Positions 31,213 to 43,050 of a DNA stretch of 64,000 nt are shown piece after piece. The translations under genes were made by a program, and so were the position numbers. The notes below the pieces were generated by a model. The model saw nothing but the letters and a program-made list of their open reading frames with translations, did not search any database and was not told the DNA's origin. Numbering within the stretch: position 1 is the first letter of the stretch; every line of letters begins with the position of its first letter. Origin of the DNA: an uncultured Chloroflexia bacterium (GTDB taxonomy: Bacteria; Chloroflexota; Limnocylindria; Limnocylindrales; CSP1-4); assembly GCA_963763775.1 (NCBI GenBank), contig CAVXPZ010000001.1:960001-1024000 (forward strand), in the 5' to 3' direction.

Positions 31213-32040
31213 ATGGGCGTCGCAGACGGCTGGGTCGAGCTCGGGGACCGCGTGTTCGTGCGCCGGTACGCGTTCTACGACCAGAACATCGGCGTGATCC
31301 TGGGCGGCGGCGAGGCGCTCGTCATCGACACCCGCAGCACGCACGTGCAGGGTCGGGAGATCCTGGACGACCTCCGCGAGCTGACGCGCGACCCGGTCAC
31401 GGTCGTCGTGGACACGCACGGCCACTTCGACCACGCCTACGGGAACCACGTCTTCCGGCCGGCCACCATCTGGGGCCACGAGCGGTGCGTGACCTTCATC
31501 GAGCGGACCGGCGAGGCGCGCCGCTCCGAGATCGCCCGCGAGGAGCCGGACCTCGCCGCGGACCTGGCCGAGGTCGTCATCGACCCGCCGGACCGGACGT
31601 TCGCCGAGGCCGCCACGATCGAGGTCGGCGGGCGATCGGTCGACCTGCGCTACATCGGCCGCGCCCACACGGACCACGACATCGTCATCAGCGTGCCCGG
31701 AACGGACGTCCTGTTCGCGGGCGACATGCTCGAGAACGGTGCCGTCCCGTTCTTCGGGGACGGCTACCCGATCGATTGGGCCGCGACGGCCGCCGCGATC
31801 GTGCCGCTGGTCGGCGATGGCGTGGTCGTGCCAGGCCACGGCGACCACGCCGGGCGGGACTTCGCGGAGCGCCAGGCCACGGCGTTCGCGGCGTTGGCGG
31901 CGTTGGCCACGCGCGTCCACCACGGCGAGCTGACGGTCGAGGACGCCCTGGCGGCGCACCCGTTCCCGGAGTACCCGCCAGAGGACGCCGGCCGGCCGCT
32001 CATGCGAGCGCTCGCGCAGCTGCGCGGCGAGGCGCGCTAG
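31213..32040 (+). CDS. MBL-fold metallo-hydrolase
   Basis: THGHFDHAYGN, AHTDHD, FAGD, VPGHG. Confidence 0.88.
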   Translation: MGVADGWVELGDRVFVRRYAFYDQNIGVILGGGEALVIDTRSTHVQGREILDDLRELTRDPVTVVVDTHGHFDHAYGNHVFRPATIWGHERCVTFIERTGEARRSEIAREEPDLAADLAEVVIDPPDRTFAEAATIEVGGRSVDLRYIGRAHTDHDIVISVPGTDVLFAGDMLENGAVPFFGDGYPIDWAATAAAIVPLVGDGVVVPGHGDHAGRDFAERQATAFAALAALATRVHHGELTVEDALAAHPFPEYPPEDAGRPLMRALAQLRGEAR

Positions 32041-33056
32041 GCGCGCTCGTCCACCCGGACGATCCAGCGGCCGCGGGCCGCGCCGGCGACGATCCCGTCG
32101 AGGGCCTCGTCGAGCGTGTCGAGGGTGACCTCGGTCGCGTGTGCGCCGAGGTCGCGCGGCCGCAGGTCTGTCGCGAGCCGGTCCCAGATGTGGCGACGGC
32201 GCTCGATCGGGACGTTGACCGAGTCCATGCCCAGCAGCGCGACGCCCCGCAGGATGAACGGGAAGACCGTGGTGTCGAGCTTCGGCCCGCCGGCGTTCCC
32301 GCTGGCCGCCACGGCCCCGCCAGTCCGGAGCGTCCGAAGGATGTACGGGAGCGTCGCCCCGCCGACCGCGTCGATCGCCCCGGCCCATCGTTCCGATTCG
32401 AGTGGCCGGCCTTCGCCGGTCACTTCGTCCCGAGCCAGGATCCCGGCCGCGCCAAGGGCCGTCAGCCTCGCGGCCTCGTCCGCCTTGCCGGTCGCCGCCC
32501 ACACCTCGTAGCCGCGGTCCGCGAGGATCGCGAGCGCCGTTCCGCCGACACCCCCGCTCGCCCCGGTCACGAGGACCGGACCGTTCGCGGGCTCCAGCCC
32601 GCGCTCTTCGAGCGCGACGACGGACATCGCCGCCGTGAAGCCCGCGGTCCCGATCGCCATCGCGTCCCGCGGCGACAGCCCGGGCTCGAGCGGCACGACC
32701 CAGCCGGCCGGCACACGCTGGTATTCGCTGTAGCCGCCATGCCGCGAGACGCCGAGCTCGTAGCCGTGCGCCAGCACGGCCGACCCGACAGTGATCGCCG
32801 GGTCCTCGCTCGACACCACCTCGCCGGCCAGGTCGATCCCCGGGATGAGCGGGCTGATGCGCGCGACCTTGCCGTCCGCCCGCGTCGCGAGGCCGTCCTT
32901 GTAGTTGACGCTCGACCACGCGACGCGGACCTCCACCTCGCCCGGCGGCAGATCGCTCTCAGCGAAGGGGACGACCCCGCGGCGGACGGCCGCGGCCCCG
33001 TCGGTCTCGAGCTTCTCGGCCACGAAGGCGCGGAACGTGGCGGGGATGGCGGTCAT
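32037..33056 (-). CDS. Acrylyl-CoA reductase-type (AcuI/YhdH) MDR oxidoreductase
   Basis: SSVNYKDGL, PGIDLAG, IGTAGFTAA, TGASGGVG, FPFILRGVALLGMDSV. Confidence 0.88.
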   Translation of the reverse strand: MTAIPATFRAFVAEKLETDGAAAVRRGVVPFAESDLPPGEVEVRVAWSSVNYKDGLATRADGKVARISPLIPGIDLAGEVVSSEDPAITVGSAVLAHGYELGVSRHGGYSEYQRVPAGWVVPLEPGLSPRDAMAIGTAGFTAAMSVVALEERGLEPANGPVLVTGASGGVGGTALAILADRGYEVWAATGKADEAARLTALGAAGILARDEVTGEGRPLESERWAGAIDAVGGATLPYILRTLRTGGAVAASGNAGGPKLDTTVFPFILRGVALLGMDSVNVPIERRRHIWDRLATDLRPRDLGAHATEVTLDTLDEALDGIVAGAARGRWIVRVDERA

Positions 33057-33117
33057 GGTCGAAGCCTAGCGCGGCGCCGACTCTCGCGGCGGCAACGTTG
33101 CGTTTGGGTGGCGTCCG

Positions 33118-33147
33118 TTGACGACCGTCGCGCGACTCCGGCACCAT
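33118..33147 (+). promoter_or_regulatory. Putative sigma70-type promoter for the met leader
   Basis: TTGACG (33118-33123), 18-nt spacer, CACCAT (33142-33147). Confidence 0.5.
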
Positions 33148-33156
33148 CGGCGGACC

Positions 33157-33225
33157 GTGAACACGATCCTCGTCACCGCGAACATGTGTATGCGCAGGCG
33201 GCCCCACCGAGAGGTCCGGGTCTGA
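33157..33225 (+). CDS. Putative attenuator leader peptide MNTILVTANMCMRRRPHREVRV (22 aa)
   Basis: GTG...TGA ORF with tandem ATG-TGT-ATG at 33184-33192, upstream of a terminator and metY. Confidence 0.6.
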   Translation: MNTILVTANMCMRRRPHREVRV

Positions 33226-33253
33226 CGTCCCGCGCACGTACGAGATGACGTAG

Positions 33254-35723
<2,470 letters not shown>

Positions 35724-35750
<27 letters not shown>

Positions 35751-36137
35751 GGCGGGGCGGTCGAGGGCCGCGTAGGCCGCCTTGACGGCCCCCGCCAGCG
35801 CCTCCGGCCGGTTGGAGCCGGAGACGACGGCACCGGCATCCGCCTGGGCCCAGCCCACGTCCATCCCCTGCGATGTGAGGACGATGGCCTTGCCCGGGTA
35901 CTGGTCGATGAGGTCCTGGGTCAGTTCGTCCTCACCCGTTCCGGAGGCCCAGACGTCGTACACGAGGACGTCCGCCCATTCCACCTGCCAACACGGCATC
36001 CCGCGGAGGACGGGGCAGGCCGTGAGGGCATGGGTCGGCCCACCGCATTGGTCGACCTCGAACCCGGCGCGCCGAAGCGTGTCAACCTTCATGTCCGCCA
36101 GATCCACGTCGTGATCGACGACGAGCACCTTGACCAT
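35724..36137 (-). CDS. Stand-alone receiver (REC)-like protein with a three-Cys insertion
   Basis: KVLVVDHD...ADVLVYD REC pattern with the insert CGGPTHALTACPVLRGMPC; SD AAGGAGG. Confidence 0.7.
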
Positions 36138-36331
36138 GGCCGCGCCCTCCTTCGCCGGTCACGATCCCAGCGGCTGGCGGTGGCGACCGCGCCGTGCGAT
36201 CAAGGGAGGCTGGGCGCGACCTGGACCGTCCGCAAGGGCCGGGAGTCACGGGTCGAGTGGGTCATTCGGCGTGTGCCCCGGTCGGCCGGCGAGCCGCGAA
36301 GCCAGTCAGCCGGTCCCAGCGACGTGCGGAG

Positions 36332-37129
36332 CTAGCCGACCGGTGTCGGAACAGGCGTGGGCGTCGGCGTCGGGGTGGGCTCCGGGGTCGGCGTGGGCGT
36401 GGGGGTGGCCGTCGGCGTGCCGGCCGTCTGGCGCCGCCACAGGTATTCGCGCAGCGTCAACCCGCTGTCGTGGACCCGCTTCGCGTTCGCCCGCCCGACG
36501 TAGCGGAAGTGCCACGGCTCGTACATGTAGCAGGTGACCGCGTCCTGACCCTTCGGGTAGCTCATCACGAAGCCGTACTTCCAGGCGTTCTTGCGGAGCC
36601 ACGTCCCGGCCTTGGAGTTGCCCCAGTCCGAGAGGTCCCACGGCGCCGCACCTTTGTAACTGCGCAGGTCGAGCGCCGTGCCCAGCTGGTGCTCGCTGTG
36701 CCCGGCGCGGGCGCTCTCGGTCAGCGCGTACGCGTACCCGTGCAGCTTGACCCAGTAGGCGAACGTCGAGCGCTGCGTGGCGTAGCTGCGATACCCCGAC
36801 TGCACCGAGAATCGCGCCTTGGCTCGCTTGGCGGCCGCCGCCATCGCCCGAAGATCGGTGATGACCAGGCGCCGCACCTTGATGCCGCCGTTCAGCCCGG
36901 CCGTCGACGTGGACCGCAGGTCCGTGGGGGCGTGGGCGTTCGTCAGGCGATACGTCGTGTCGAGCAACGCGCGGGGCCAGTCGGTGAGCTTGCGGTGCGC
37001 CGTGAGCTTGTCCGCGACCGCACAGGCGGGCAGCGGCGCGTACGCCGTGACCGTGGCCGGGAGCCCGGAGACGAGCAGGACCGCCAGCACGACGAGCAGG
37101 ATCCGACCACGCGGCCGCCGGGTCAGCAT
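36332..37129 (-). CDS. M15B D-alanyl-D-alanine carboxypeptidase (VanY/LdcB-like), secreted, with a Pro/Thr tail
   Basis: SGYRSY, SARAGHSEHQLGTALD, EPWHFRYVG. Confidence 0.9.
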   Translation of the reverse strand: MLTRRPRGRILLVVLAVLLVSGLPATVTAYAPLPACAVADKLTAHRKLTDWPRALLDTTYRLTNAHAPTDLRSTSTAGLNGGIKVRRLVITDLRAMAAAAKRAKARFSVQSGYRSYATQRSTFAYWVKLHGYAYALTESARAGHSEHQLGTALDLRSYKGAAPWDLSDWGNSKAGTWLRKNAWKYGFVMSYPKGQDAVTCYMYEPWHFRYVGRANAKRVHDSGLTLREYLWRRQTAGTPTATPTPTPTPEPTPTPTPTPVPTPVG

Positions 37130-37211
37130 GCCCAGAGGCTACCCCGATACGCCGTCGCCGGCACCTCCCCCGAACGTACCAGCGGGTCGGCGACCTGCCG
37201 AGGCGGACCGT

Positions 37212-38807
37212 CTAGGGCCCGACGGGCGTCGGGGTCGGTTCCACGGGCGTCGGCGTCGGCGTCGCTTCGGTGCTTGCCGTCGCCGTCGGCTTCGCGGTCG
37301 GCTTCTTCGTCGGCTTCGGTGTCGGCTTCCTCGTCGGCGCCGGGGCGCAGCCGCTCACCCCGCTCGTCGAGGCGCGCTTGGTCGAGCTCTTGGGCGCCTG
37401 GTACGAGCGCTTCGGGAGCGAGCCGTCCACCGGGAACAGGTCGTCGGCGAGCCGGCGGATCGACTTGATGACCGGCAACTGGATGGACCCGCGGCGGTCG
37501 AAGCCGGACTTCACGAGCGGGTGCGTGATGACCGCGCGGTAGATGTGCGAGCGGTCCACCTTGGCGGCCGCGTCCGCGAGGTCCGGGAGCTTCTTGCGCG
37601 GGATGTTCGTCGAGACGGTCTTGCCGATCGCCTTGAGCAGCCCGATCGGGTCGTTGAGGAACCCGCCGCGCTCGATGGTGTCGCGCATCCCGGTCAGCAC
37701 TTCCTGCTGGCGGGCGGCGCGGGTGAAGTCGCTCTCGCCGTTGGGCTTTCGGACGCGGGCGTAGGCCAGTGCCTGGTTGCCGTTGAGGTGGTGGCGACCG
37801 GCCGTGATCGAGAAGCCGTGCTTGTAGCCGTACTCCTTGTAGTGCGGGTCGCAGAATGAGCGCTCCACGTTGACGTCGACGCCGCCGAGCGTGTTGACGA
37901 TGCTCACGAACCCGCCGAGGTCCACCGCGGCGTAGTACGGGATGTCGAGGCCGAGCAGCTTCCCGAGCGCGCCCTGAAGGACGTCGAAGCCCTTGCCGCT
38001 CGAGCCCGGGAACTGCTTGGGATGGTGCCGCGCGTAGGCGACGAGCCCGTTGATCTTGGCGCTGTACTTGCGGCCGTCGGCGAGCGGGACGTCCACCATG
38101 TCGCGCGGGACCGACACCATCGAGACCGTGCCCGTGTTCGGGTCGAGCGAGACGACGATCATCGTGTCCGTGAGGTAGGTGCTGCGGCCCACGCCGGCAT
38201 CGGCGCCGACGACGAGGGCGTTGATCCGCTGGTCGACCGGGGTCGGCGACGGCGAGACCGAGGCGCCGGGGTCGGCGCTCGCGCTCGGGTCGGCCGGGAT
38301 GAGGAAGCTCGGGTCGGGCTCGGGCGCGACGGACGGGCCGGCCGCCACCACCGGCGATGGCTCGTCCTGGAAGACCTCGTCGGCGGTCTCGCGGGTGATC
38401 TCGGTGCCGTACGCGGCATAGGCCTGCGGGGCGATCACGACGAAGAGCAGGAGCACGATCGGGAGCGCATCGAACGCGCGCAGCCTGGGGAGCCCGGGCG
38501 CCGTGAGGCTCGACCCGACGGCGAGCAGCCGCCAGATGAGCAGGAAGGCCTGGAAGGCCATCAGCCCCCACAGGACGCCCGAGTCGAGGAGGCTCGCGGC
38601 GATCCGCGTGGGCGAACTCGTCAGGCCGATGAAGACCGCCGCGGCGAGCGCGATGAGGATCGGCGTCAGGAAGAGCAGGCCGCGGTTGCGGCGTCCGGCG
38701 AACAGGTGCCCGACGCCGGGGATGATGGCGTCGAGGATGGCCGGTACATAGCGACCGCGGCGAGACGGTTCAGCGGACGTCAGCGGGCCCGCGGGTGGGT
38801 TCGGCAC
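37212..38807 (-). CDS. LCP (LytR-CpsA-Psr) family cell-wall glycopolymer ligase
   Basis: TDTMIV, SVPRDM, KIN, ALAYARVR, SDFTRAARQQ; N-terminal TM helices; Pro/Thr/Lys tail. Confidence 0.9.
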   Translation of the reverse strand: MPNPPAGPLTSAEPSRRGRYVPAILDAIIPGVGHLFAGRRNRGLLFLTPILIALAAAVFIGLTSSPTRIAASLLDSGVLWGLMAFQAFLLIWRLLAVGSSLTAPGLPRLRAFDALPIVLLLFVVIAPQAYAAYGTEITRETADEVFQDEPSPVVAAGPSVAPEPDPSFLIPADPSASADPGASVSPSPTPVDQRINALVVGADAGVGRSTYLTDTMIVVSLDPNTGTVSMVSVPRDMVDVPLADGRKYSAKINGLVAYARHHPKQFPGSSGKGFDVLQGALGKLLGLDIPYYAAVDLGGFVSIVNTLGGVDVNVERSFCDPHYKEYGYKHGFSITAGRHHLNGNQALAYARVRKPNGESDFTRAARQQEVLTGMRDTIERGGFLNDPIGLLKAIGKTVSTNIPRKKLPDLADAAAKVDRSHIYRAVITHPLVKSGFDRRGSIQLPVIKSIRRLADDLFPVDGSLPKRSYQAPKSSTKRASTSGVSGCAPAPTRKPTPKPTKKPTAKPTATASTEATPTPTPVEPTPTPVGP

Positions 38808-38912
38808 CGGCGCAGGGTACCAGCAGATGGCACCGGAGGCGTCCGGCGAGGCCCTATCGCGGCCGTCGGGCGGCTGCCCGCCGACGATGCGGTATCATCG
38901 CGGCCGCTCCAC

Positions 38913-38987
38913 TGGCGAGTGGCCAAGCGGTAAGGCGCCTGACTCTGGATCAGGAGATCGAAGGTTCGAATCCTTCCTCGCCAGCCA
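38913..38987 (+). tRNA. tRNA-Gln (anticodon CTG)
   Basis: Acceptor stem TGGCGAG/CTCGCCA, anticodon arm CCTGA-CTCTGGA-TCAGG, T-loop GGTTCGAATCC, encoded CCA; -10 TATCAT upstream. Confidence 0.97.
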
Positions 38988-39207
38988 TCCTCCTGAACAC
39001 GACACGGCCCCCGGAGGCGACTCCCAGGGCCGCTGCGATCCCGAGCCGCCCGGTGATCCTCGTCAAGCGCGACTTGGGCCGGACGTGGTCACCCCTCACG
39101 CCGTCCCCTCCCGCGCAACGCATACGATCCGCAAGGGGCTCGATGGCCCCCCCGGTGGGGCGATCCGGCCGGGGGCGCATCGCGGACCCCAGCCGTAGAC
39201 TCGATCG

Positions 39208-41637
39208 ATGAGCGCCATCGCCCGACCTGCCGTCACGCCCCCGAACGGGGCGACCGAGCCACCGACGAACCCGATCGACCTGGCCCGCGATCTGGTCGAC
39301 CGCGCGATCCTGCCGATGACCGTCGTGGGTCTCGTGGCCGGGCTGGCGTTCATCTGGGCAGGCAACGAGGACGCGGCGGTGGTCGCCTGGACCGTCCCTG
39401 CGGTCGTGGTGGCCGTTCGCCTCGCGTGGGCGATCGTGCGTGACCTGGTGCACGGCGAGCTCGGTGTGGACCTCATCGCGATCCTGGCCATCGTCGGTGC
39501 GCTCCTGCTTGGCGAGCCGTTCGCGGCCGCGGTCATCGGTGTCATGCTGGCGACCGGCGAGGCGCTGGAACGCTATGCGCAGGGACGCGCTCATCGAGAG
39601 CTGACCGCCCTCCTTGGACGCGCCCCTCGCAACGTTCAGCGATACGTCGATGGCCGACTGGAGACGACGCCGATCGAGGCCGTCATCCCAGGCGACCTGC
39701 TCGCGATCCGCCCTGGCGATGTCGTGCCAGTCGATGGGATGGTCGTCGGGAGCCCGGCCATCCTCGACGAATCCGCGCTCACCGGCGAGTCGCGGCTGAT
39801 GACACGCGAGGAAGGCGATGCGGTCAGCTCCGGCACAGTCAACGCCGGCTCCTCGTTCGACCTCCGGACCGTGGCGACCGCCGCCGACAGCGCTTACGCC
39901 GGCATCGTCCGTCTCGTCCAGGAGGCACAGCACAGCAAGGCGCCATTCGTCCGTCTCGCGGATCGGTATGCCCTTATCTTCGTGCCGTTCACCTTGGCCA
40001 TTGCCGGGGCGGCCTGGCTCGTGTCCGGCGATCCGGTTCGCGCCCTGGCGGTCCTGGTGGTGGCGACACCGTGCCCGCTCCTGCTCGCCGCTCCGATCGC
40101 GATCGTCGCCGGGATCTCACGTGCGGCCCGGCGAGGGGTGATCGTCAAGGGCGGCGGTCCGCTCGAGACCTTGGCTCGCTCGCGGGTCGTGCTGTTCGAC
40201 AAGACAGGGACGCTCACCGCCGGCCGGCCCCGGCTCGCTACGATCGATGTCGGCCCGGCAACCGAGCCGACCAGCTTCGATCAGGGCGAGGTCCTGCGGT
40301 TGGCGGCCTCGGTCGAGCAACTGTCGCCGCACGTGCTCGCCGGTTCGATCGTGCATGGGGCCCGGGAACGGGGCCTCGAGCTGTCGATGCCAGTCGACGT
40401 CGTGGAGACGCCGGGCGCGGGCGTGGCCGGACTCGTCGACGGCCAACGGGTCGCCGTCGGGACGGCGGAGTTCTGCGCCGGCGACGGCGGGCTGCCCCGA
40501 TGGGCCCGCGAGGTGCGACGCAGAGCCGCGTTCGAGGGTTCGACGTGTGCGTTCATCCGGATCGACGATGTGGTCCGCGGCGCGCTTGTTCTCGACGACC
40601 CACTCCGGCCCGAGACCCCACGGGCGATCCGCTCACTTCGGCGGATCGGCTTCACCCGGATCGTGATGGTCACGGGCGACAACGCGGCAGTCGCCGACAT
40701 CATCGGGTCGGCCATCGGCGTCGACGCGGTGCTCGCCGACCGGGTGCCCTCGGAAAAGGTCGATGCCGTCAACGCCGAACGGTCGGACGCCGCCGGGCCG
40801 ATCGTGATGGTCGGCGACGGGCTCAATGACGCGCCCGCCCTGGCCCTCGCCGATGTCGGCGTGGCGATGGGTGCGCGGGGGGCGAGTGCGTCCTCGGAGG
40901 CAGCCGATATCGTGATCGCCGTCGACCGACTCGATCGCCTGACCGAGGCCGTCCAGATCGCGCGACGAGCACGCTCGATCGCCGTGCAGAGCGTCGTCCT
41001 CGGGATGGGGATGTCGATCGTCGCGATGGCTGCCGCGGCGCTTGGCCTCCTTCCGGTCGTCGCCGGGGCCATCCTCCAGGAGGCGATCGATGTCATCGTG
41101 ATCCTCAATGCACTCCGCGCTCTGCGAGGCGGTGTGGAGGTCCCGGTTCGGATCGCCGGCTGGACCGAGACAAGCGCACGCCTGCGCGCGGCGCACATCG
41201 AACTGGAACCGTCCATCGTCCGGATCCGCGCGACGGCCGATGTCCTCGACAGCCTGTCCGCAGCGGCCGCGTCGGCCGCTCTCGAGGAGGTCCGCACGTT
41301 CGTGTCGGATGATCTCCTCCCGCACGAGGAGATGGAGGACCGGACGATCTATCCGATGCTCGCCAACGCGATGGGCACCGACGACGCGACCGCGTCGATG
41401 CACCGGACGCATCAGGAGATCTTCCGACTCGCGCGGCAGCTCGATCGCCTGGTCCGCGACCTTCCGCGGGAGGGTCCGAGTGGCGATGACCGGACGGATC
41501 TCCAGCGCCTCCTCTACGGCCTGGAAGCGATCCTTCGCTTGCATCAGGCGCAGGAGGAGGACCTTTATATGTCGATCGGTGACAGCACCGCGCCGGCCGA
41601 ACGATCGACCCCCGCTGCGGCGCCGGTCCGGCCCTGA
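39208..41637 (+). CDS. P1B-type heavy-metal ATPase (P1B-5 type) with a C-terminal hemerythrin-like domain
   Basis: LTGES, VATPCP, DKTGTLT, GDGLNDAPAL, LQEAIDV; C-terminal H...HEEMED...H...HQAQEE pattern. Confidence 0.9.
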   Translation: MSAIARPAVTPPNGATEPPTNPIDLARDLVDRAILPMTVVGLVAGLAFIWAGNEDAAVVAWTVPAVVVAVRLAWAIVRDLVHGELGVDLIAILAIVGALLLGEPFAAAVIGVMLATGEALERYAQGRAHRELTALLGRAPRNVQRYVDGRLETTPIEAVIPGDLLAIRPGDVVPVDGMVVGSPAILDESALTGESRLMTREEGDAVSSGTVNAGSSFDLRTVATAADSAYAGIVRLVQEAQHSKAPFVRLADRYALIFVPFTLAIAGAAWLVSGDPVRALAVLVVATPCPLLLAAPIAIVAGISRAARRGVIVKGGGPLETLARSRVVLFDKTGTLTAGRPRLATIDVGPATEPTSFDQGEVLRLAASVEQLSPHVLAGSIVHGARERGLELSMPVDVVETPGAGVAGLVDGQRVAVGTAEFCAGDGGLPRWAREVRRRAAFEGSTCAFIRIDDVVRGALVLDDPLRPETPRAIRSLRRIGFTRIVMVTGDNAAVADIIGSAIGVDAVLADRVPSEKVDAVNAERSDAAGPIVMVGDGLNDAPALALADVGVAMGARGASASSEAADIVIAVDRLDRLTEAVQIARRARSIAVQSVVLGMGMSIVAMAAAALGLLPVVAGAILQEAIDVIVILNALRALRGGVEVPVRIAGWTETSARLRAAHIELEPSIVRIRATADVLDSLSAAAASAALEEVRTFVSDDLLPHEEMEDRTIYPMLANAMGTDDATASMHRTHQEIFRLARQLDRLVRDLPREGPSGDDRTDLQRLLYGLEAILRLHQAQEEDLYMSIGDSTAPAERSTPAAAPVRP

Positions 41638-41667
41638 CCCGCACCGAGGGTCCGAAAGGCGATCGCC

Positions 41668-41781
41668 CTAGGCGTCTCGGTCGCCGCTCCGGCCAGGACC
41701 CCGAGTCTGCCTGATCTTGGCCAGGGCCACGATGATGCCTGCGAGGAAGGCCGTGACCGGGAGGAAGAGGCGCTTGCGCAT
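41668..41781 (-). CDS. Putative 37-aa membrane micropeptide MRKRLFLPVTAFLAGIIVALAKIRQTRGPGRSGDRDA
   Basis: GGAGG 8 nt upstream of ATG; one TM helix flanked by basic residues. Confidence 0.4.
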   Translation of the reverse strand: MRKRLFLPVTAFLAGIIVALAKIRQTRGPGRSGDRDA

Positions 41782-41784
41782 CCG

Positions 41785-41868
41785 TCAGGCCTCCGCGCGA
41801 CGGCCCAGGAGCGCGCGGTGGTTGAAGCCGGCGATCGCCCCAAGGACGATCCACGAGATGATGCCCAC
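41785..41868 (-). pseudogene. 27-aa ORF resembling the N-terminus of GlsB/YeaQ/YmgE stress membrane proteins (truncated remnant or micropeptide)
   Basis: GTG start after GGAGG; MGIISWIVLGAIAGFNHRALLGRRAEA. Confidence 0.45.
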
Positions 41869-42011
41869 GAAGCCTCCATCGACGACCGGAGCGATCCCGC
41901 GGGTTGGCCCGCGACCTGGACGGCTGATGATCCTCGTGACCCGATGCTACGCCTGGCCGCAAGCTGTGCCGGCTTGCAGGGCCATGATGGCGTCGGGGTC
42001 GCTGGTCCAGC

Positions 42012-42385
42012 TCACTGGACGATGACTGTCGCCTTCATCGACGAGTGGATCGCACAGTGATAGGCAAAGGTGCCGGCCGTCGCGAACGTCTGCGTGAACG
42101 TCGAGCCAGTCGCGATCGTCTTGCTGTCGAACGAGCCATCGTCCGCGGTCACCGTGTGCCCGGTGCTGTCGTTGTTGGTCCACGTGATGGTGGTCCCGAC
42201 CGGGACGGTGATGGACCCCGGCTGGAAGCTCAGGTTCGCGATCGAGACGGTGTTCCCGGAGGTCGCAGACGTCGCCGCGGGTGGCGCGCTCGCGGCCGGC
42301 GAGGCTGTGGCGCTCGAGCCGCCGCCACACGCGACGAGCGTCAGGATGGCCGCGACGCGAGGGCGGCGGGACGGATGGATCGCAT
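42012..42385 (-). CDS. Plastocyanin/amicyanin-like type-1 copper lipoprotein; 1-nt frameshift in the signal peptide (~42358), absent from ORF track
   Basis: Lipobox LVAC; SFQPGSITVPVGTTITWTNNDSTGHTVT...FAYHCAIHSSMKATVIVQ with His/Cys/His/Met ligands; SD AGGAG. Confidence 0.85.
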
Positions 42386-42475
42386 CGTTCGAGCTCCTGT
42401 TGCGGTTCGCGTGAGCGTAGTCGTGTCACAAGAGGCGGTACGTCTCCCCGGCGACCATGGATTGCGCGGTTGACG

Positions 42476-42503
42476 TGTAACGAGTCCGCTCGCGGTGGCA
42501 TCT
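42476..42503 (+). promoter_or_regulatory. Putative ECF-type autoregulatory promoter
   Basis: TGTAAC, 16-nt spacer, GCATCT, 7 nt before the ATG of the ECF sigma gene. Confidence 0.45.
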
Positions 42504-42510
42504 GTAGCGC

Positions 42511-43050
42511 ATGATCGGCAGCGTGATCGCGGAGGCGGAGCCACAGCGGTCCATCGTCGAGCGGGCGATCGCCGGCGATGAGGTGGCGTTCGCCCGGATC
42601 GTGGCGGCGCACCACGGCGACATGGCGCGCATCGCCTACTTCGTCTGCGGCGACCTCGATGTCGCGGAGGAGGCCGAGCAATCGGCCTGGGCGGTCGCCT
42701 ACCGGCGCCTGAAGGACCTGCGGGACCCGGAGCGCCTGCGCCCGTGGCTGATGTCGGTCGCGGCGAACGAGGCGCGGCAGATCGCCCGCAGCCGGCGACG
42801 ACGCGCCGTGCGGGAGCTCGCCGTCGCGGATCCGACGCGGCCGGCCGATGTCGACCACGCCGCGATGATCGACCTCGCGGACGCCCTTGGTCGACTCGAC
42901 CCGACGGACCGGGCGATCGTCGGGCTGCGATTCATCGGTGGCTTCGAGTCAGCCGAGATCGGGCAGGCGATGGGCATGACCGCGACGGGCGTACGCGTAC
43001 GCCTCCACCGACTCCTCGAACGATTGCGAAAGGACCTCGGCGATGACTGA
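42511..43050 (+). CDS. ECF RNA polymerase sigma factor
   Basis: GDEVAFARIV, AEEAEQ, LRDPERLRPWL, region 4 SAEIGQAMG...VRVRLHR. Confidence 0.9.
   Translation: MIGSVIAEAEPQRSIVERAIAGDEVAFARIVAAHHGDMARIAYFVCGDLDVAEEAEQSAWAVAYRRLKDLRDPERLRPWLMSVAANEARQIARSRRRRAVRELAVADPTRPADVDHAAMIDLADALGRLDPTDRAIVGLRFIGGFESAEIGQAMGMTATGVRVRLHRLLERLRKDLGDD

Noticed and set aside
31213-32040. Metallo-beta-lactamase resistance gene
   Set aside because: No signal peptide; generic cytoplasmic MBL-fold hydrolase with no resistance context.
36332-37129. Vancomycin-resistance locus
   Set aside because: A lone M15B peptidase beside an LCP gene, without vanHAX or vanRS; housekeeping cell-wall role is more likely.
36340-37340. 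Short tandem repeats here and at 58159-58230 as CRISPR or contingency repeats
   Set aside because: They are in-frame degenerate codon repeats encoding Pro/Thr or Ser/Ala/Pro linkers, with no spacers or cas genes.
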